Below the pieces are notes generated by a model. The model had not been told where the DNA came from. It was given only the letters and a program-made list of their open reading frames with translations, and ran no database searches. DNA of 20,000 nucleotides from an uncultured virus (IMG/VR IMGVR_UViG_3300033145_002040) (taxonomy: Duplodnaviria; Heunggongvirae; Uroviricota; Caudoviricetes): IMG/VR virus record IMGVR_UViG_3300033145_002040. One strand, written 5' to 3'. How positions within the stretch are numbered: position 1 is the first letter of the stretch; every line of letters begins with the position of its first letter. The translations under genes and the position numbers were made by a program. This document shows positions 16,746 through 20,000 of the stretch, piece after piece.

Positions 16746-17405
16746 TTATTTAACTGCTAGAACTTTTAGCTTACTCTTAAAAGTCATCAACTCCTTATTA
16801 GCCTCATCAACTCTCTTTTTAGCCTCAATAACTTTTAAGTGCATAGCCTTAAACTTAGAAGTAGCAATTTCCAACTGCTCTTCCTTAATTTCAGCCAAAG
16901 CGTTAGCCTCTGCCTCTTTTAAGGTAGCTTTATCAAACATCTTAATATCTTCCATATCAACATCAATGAGTTTTTTAGTTGGAATGTTGCCATTTATTAA
17001 CTCTAAATCACAAGGCAATAAATACCCATCTATATTATCTCTAATTTCGTCTTTTACAAATAATATTCTTTCCTTTATACTCTTAATAACACCAACATCA
17101 CCCTTCTTAACTCCATGCTTTCCGAAATAATGTTTCCAATCATCATCAACTTTCCCGTTTTTAGTTCCAAGATATCGAACTTTATCCCCGACTTTAAACT
17201 TAGGTTTAATATCAAGCTCTAACTCATCTTCTCTAACCTTCCACATATTACTTCCATCAGACTCTTTTACCATATAACTATCTCCTGTAGTTAGTTTACG
17301 AATAGAATATATTTTAAGCATAGTTAAACCTTTCTTAAAAAATCTAACATTTCCAGAGTCAGACCTAATAAATCTAACAATATCCCCAACTTTAAATTTA
17401 CTCAT
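16746..17405 (-). CDS. Tandem SH3/KOW-like domain protein with C-terminal coiled coil (paralogue of 5948-6550)
   Basis: FKVGDIVR and FKVGDKVR repeats; DIKMFDKATLKEA tail; TGAAAGGAGGT RBS. Confidence 0.75.
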   Translation of the reverse strand: MSKFKVGDIVRFIRSDSGNVRFFKKGLTMLKIYSIRKLTTGDSYMVKESDGSNMWKVREDELELDIKPKFKVGDKVRYLGTKNGKVDDDWKHYFGKHGVKKGDVGVIKSIKERILFVKDEIRDNIDGYLLPCDLELINGNIPTKKLIDVDMEDIKMFDKATLKEAEANALAEIKEEQLEIATSKFKAMHLKVIEAKKRVDEANKELMTFKSKLKVLAVK

Positions 17406-17456
17406 TATAAATACCTCCTTTCATTATATTAAATTTCATTTTTTTTTCAGAGTCTT

Positions 17457-17801
17457 TTATCCATATTTAACTAATTCTCCTTTTAATTTTTTAACTAAAT
17501 CGGTATAGTCGATTGCGTCCTCTTCTTTATCAATCAATAAATCAATAGCTTCTAATAGAGTTTTCTTTTCATCTTCGCTTATTGTGTTAGTCAAATAAAA
17601 CTCACCATCTTCACCCTCACTTATCTTAACTTCATCTTGAGAATAATACTCACTCCATTTTTTATCGCAATTATCACACCAACAATCAACTACTAAATAA
17701 GGAATGTCATAATCTCCAACATATTCAGACACTTCCCTGTTATAACCCGAAGAATTACAATAAGGACAAACGCCAAATTTTATATTTATTTTTTCTTCCA
17801 T
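17457..17801 (-). CDS. Zinc-ribbon protein
   Basis: CPYC...CWCDNCDKKW. Confidence 0.75.
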   Translation of the reverse strand: MEEKINIKFGVCPYCNSSGYNREVSEYVGDYDIPYLVVDCWCDNCDKKWSEYYSQDEVKISEGEDGEFYLTNTISEDEKKTLLEAIDLLIDKEEDAIDYTDLVKKLKGELVKYG

Positions 17802-17920
17802 TATTCTTTAAACTCCATATAATCTACATCAAAATTTTCTCCACAATCTTTACAAAATATTATATCCTTTTCTGCGTCGACTCTTATCCTTGTGCTACCA
17901 CATTTTTCACATTTTACCAT
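17801..17920 (-). CDS. 39-aa TFB/TFIIB-like zinc-ribbon micro-protein
   Basis: MVKCEKCGSTRIRVDAEKDIIFCKDCGENFDVDYMEFKE; TAATG overlap. Confidence 0.75.
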   Translation of the reverse strand: MVKCEKCGSTRIRVDAEKDIIFCKDCGENFDVDYMEFKE

Positions 17921-17921
17921 T

Positions 17922-18110
17922 TTAAATAATCCCATTCTCCTCAAATTCATCTAATAGATTAAACTTTTCGCCAAGAGTTCTAAAAAATTCCTGATATTCT
18001 ATCAACTCGCCATAACTTAAATCTTCCCCACTTGCCCAATTTTGAAAATCTATCGCTTTTTGACGTGCTTCTCCTTTTGTTTTTATGTCTTGTATTGTTT
18101 TTATTTCCAT
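17922..18110 (-). CDS. Hypothetical protein
   Basis: ORF track; GAGGG RBS; ends EFEENGII. Confidence 0.75.
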   Translation of the reverse strand: MEIKTIQDIKTKGEARQKAIDFQNWASGEDLSYGELIEYQEFFRTLGEKFNLLDEFEENGII

Positions 18111-18112
18111 TT

Positions 18113-18334
18113 TTAACCCTCAATTTTTCTCTTTATGTAGCTCTCCAAATCCATTATTTCTTTATTTTTTTTAATAAATCTTTTTTATAAATCTAAAATA
18201 AAATATACTTCAGAATGTTTTAATAGTCCTCGACTCCCCCTATTAAAATCTAAAATACTATCCTCAATTTCTTCTAACTTATTTTTTATTTCTTGTTCTC
18301 CCATTTTTATTTTTATTTTTATTTTTTTGTTCAT
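18113..18334 (-). pseudogene. Small gene with an in-frame TAA (18185-18187)
   Basis: MNKKIKIKIKMGEQEI...FILDL*KRFIKKNKEIMDLESYIKRKIEG*; ends 2 nt before the next ATG. Confidence 0.5.
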
Positions 18335-18448
18335 CTTAATATAGTGTGCGAAGTGTCTTAAAATTAAAATTTAAAATACTTCTGTTAATCTTTAATTGTC
18401 TTAATATAAGAAAAAGAAAAAAGGAGTTTTAAGATTTGTTATAATTCG
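18321..18448. repeat. About 128-bp upstream/promoter unit, copy 1
   Basis: Near-identical to 19871-20000, including the first codons MNKKI. Confidence 0.9.
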
Positions 18449-18526
18449 CCTATATAAAAAAGCCATCAATAAAACTTTTAAAGTTTTTATCTCATCCCTC
18501 TTCTTTATATTTTTTTCTTTCTCTTA

Positions 18527-18601
18527 TAATATAATGCGTGAAGTGTCTTAAAAATATAAGAAAACAAAAATAGTCCGTTTAAGATTTATTATAAACTCGC
18601 C
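18527..18601. repeat. Shorter diverged copy of the same unit
   Basis: aatataatgcgtgaagtgtcttaaaaat...tttaagatttattataaactcgcc. Confidence 0.8.
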
Positions 18602-18689
18602 AATATTAAAAGCCCTTAAAAAACCGCTTTGCGTATCTTTCGCATACCTCTTTTAATATTTTTTTTGTTCTCTATATTTTATATTTATT

Positions 18690-18850
18690 TAAAAGGTTTT
18701 TCCCTTTCTTCGCCTTTCGGCATAAGTATAAATGGGACATATCTTTTTACAGCTTTCGGCTCTTCGTTAAAAGAGTTTTCCTTTTTACCCTATGCCGTCC
18801 CAGTATTTCGTGGCTTACGCCATGATTATAAAATCCCTCTTATTGAGGGA
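18690..18850 (-). ncRNA. Candidate structured RNA with GNRA hairpins and a possible pseudoknot
   Basis: UGGC-GUAA-GCCA, GCC-GAAA-GGC, UGGGAC/GUCCCA, GGCAUA/UAUGCC. Confidence 0.4.
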
Positions 18851-18887
18851 ATAAAAATTAAAATTAAAATTAAATCCTTTAAAAAAA

Positions 18888-19181
18888 TTAAAGTGATTCT
18901 GTTATTAATTCCTTATCGAAATATAAAATTTTGTTAAGTCTTTTTTGTGCTAAATTCAGAACTTCTTTATGTTCTACCCTTTTCGATTTATCGGGATTAA
19001 TCTCATTTAAAAACTTCCCAGTCGTAACGCCCCAATTATTAACGCTACAAACACCATCCACACTTACCAAAGTTTCATAACTAAAGTATAAATCGACACT
19101 TCCTTTTTTAGTGGATATTGTAACACAATTTTTATTAACTGTGCCTAAATTATTTAAACTTATGTTTATATTTTCTACCAT
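18888..19181 (-). CDS. Conserved virus-type hypothetical protein (FSYET...N.W..TTGK.LN pattern)
   Basis: Motif recognised by eye; TGAAAGGCGGT RBS; ends KELITESL. Confidence 0.75.
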   Translation of the reverse strand: MVENINISLNNLGTVNKNCVTISTKKGSVDLYFSYETLVSVDGVCSVNNWGVTTGKFLNEINPDKSKRVEHKEVLNLAQKRLNKILYFDKELITESL

Positions 19182-19242
19182 TTATTTACACCGCCTTTCA
19201 ATTCTTGAAGGCGAATAGTCGGACTTCGTCTACTAACGCCTT

Positions 19243-19537
19243 TTAAAATATTAAATTCCATTTTATAACCTCTTTATTTAAATCCATCAACTTAAAAGAA
19301 TCTCTTGGTAATCCTAAAAAATTTAAACTATTCTTCTCAAAAAGCGACCCATTTCTTAAAAATAAAGTATCTTCCTTAACCCACTCTTTAAAATAAAACC
19401 CCATCCTTCTTTTTACAATTAATTTAACCTTTTCGCCTAACTCCTCAAAAGTATAAACTTCTATCTCGATATGTCTTTTATTCATTTTTTTTTCAATCAA
19501 CGACAAAACAATCTTTTTCTTCTTTAATTTTTACCAT
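19243..19537 (-). CDS. Hypothetical protein (ATG 19537 is in frame if one A is removed near 19530)
   Basis: Track ORF 19243-19506; TAATG overlap with the upstream gene. Confidence 0.6.
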
Positions 19538-19884
19538 TACAAGAATATACACTCCTTTTTATTAATATTAAAAATTGCCTGTTGATTAAAAACTTTTCCT
19601 AAATATTCCGCCTTTTTTCTATCTTCTACAAATAAAGTTAAGTCTAAAAAATATTTTTTTCCGTCATTCCAACCACCTATAAATAAATTTTTAGTATCTT
19701 TAAACGCCGTCCTTCTAATCACTAGAGTTTTATTTATAAGATAGTTTAAACGCTTTCCGCTTATGTTTGAAATACTAACATAAAAACCGCTTTTCTTCTC
19801 GACTACTGCCCCTTTAAAATCTAAAGTAACGCCATCTTTATTCGCTTTTAAGTTTTCCTTAATTAAATTTATTTTTTTGTTCAT
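19537..19884 (-). CDS. Virus-type protein with G.W...YFLD...A..LG..F.Q.AI motif (tentatively DUF3293/SAM-lyase-like)
   Basis: FIGGWNDGKKYFLDLT...AEYLGKVFNQQAIF. Confidence 0.55.
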   Translation of the reverse strand: MNKKINLIKENLKANKDGVTLDFKGAVVEKKSGFYVSISNISGKRLNYLINKTLVIRRTAFKDTKNLFIGGWNDGKKYFLDLTLFVEDRKKAEYLGKVFNQQAIFNINKKECIFL

Positions 19885-20000
19885 CTTAATATAATGCGTG
19901 AAGTGTCTTAAAAATTAAAAATTAAAATACTTCTGTTAATCTTTAATTGTCTTAATATAAGAAAAAGAAAAAAAGGAGTTTTAAGGTTTGTTATAATTCG
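19871..20000. repeat. About 128-bp upstream/promoter unit, copy 2 (cut by the window edge)
   Basis: Near-identical to 18321-18448. Confidence 0.9.

Noticed and set aside
18690..18850. Known riboswitch or hammerhead ribozyme
   Set aside because: No CUGAUGA core, and no convincing c-di-GMP or SAM consensus by eye.
660..18937. All plus-strand ORFs in the track (for example 660-917, 1680-1955, 3973-4254, 8051-8335, 11990-12253, 18629-18937)
   Set aside because: They are antisense shadows of minus-strand genes or structured gaps, rich in S/L/F/I, with no RBS or motifs.
19177..19261. 28-aa ORF MEFNILKGVSRRSPTIRLQELKGGVNKW and hairpin over the RBS
   Set aside because: Too short to support; I cannot tell a peptide from a structured leader without homologues.

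Overview
Very AT-rich window packed with about 55 short genes, all on the minus strand and often joined by ATGA/TAATG overlaps. It reads like the accessory/early region of a virus or provirus. BRE-TATA-like promoters, GGAGGT/GAGGTGA ribosome-binding sites and many CxxC micro-proteins suggest an archaeal host (inference). No capsid, terminase, integrase or polymerase gene is visible. The clearest system is a MoxR-like AAA+ ATPase (13190-14305) with a DUF2201-type HExxH metallopeptidase/vWA partner that is a fractured gene: N-extein plus a 90-aa N-intein (10742-11761), a free-standing NUMOD3-HNH endonuclease (10045-10737), then a C-intein plus vWA C-extein (9453-10073), in three different frames. 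About ten unrelated proteins, seven of them between 6588 and 9451, share a C-terminal motif [KR]-x-x-Phi-Phi-x-x-L. Other recognisable items are a gamma-glutamylcyclotransferase-like gene, a stand-alone HD domain of CCA-adding-enzyme type, a YubB/DUF1281-like protein, a TFB-like zinc-ribbon micro-protein, two candidate structured RNAs, repeated promoter-like units and a 121-bp tandem duplication. Five in-frame stops and about six single-base frameshifts, mostly in homopolymers, indicate a noisy consensus or decay, so single-base conclusions need read-level checks.
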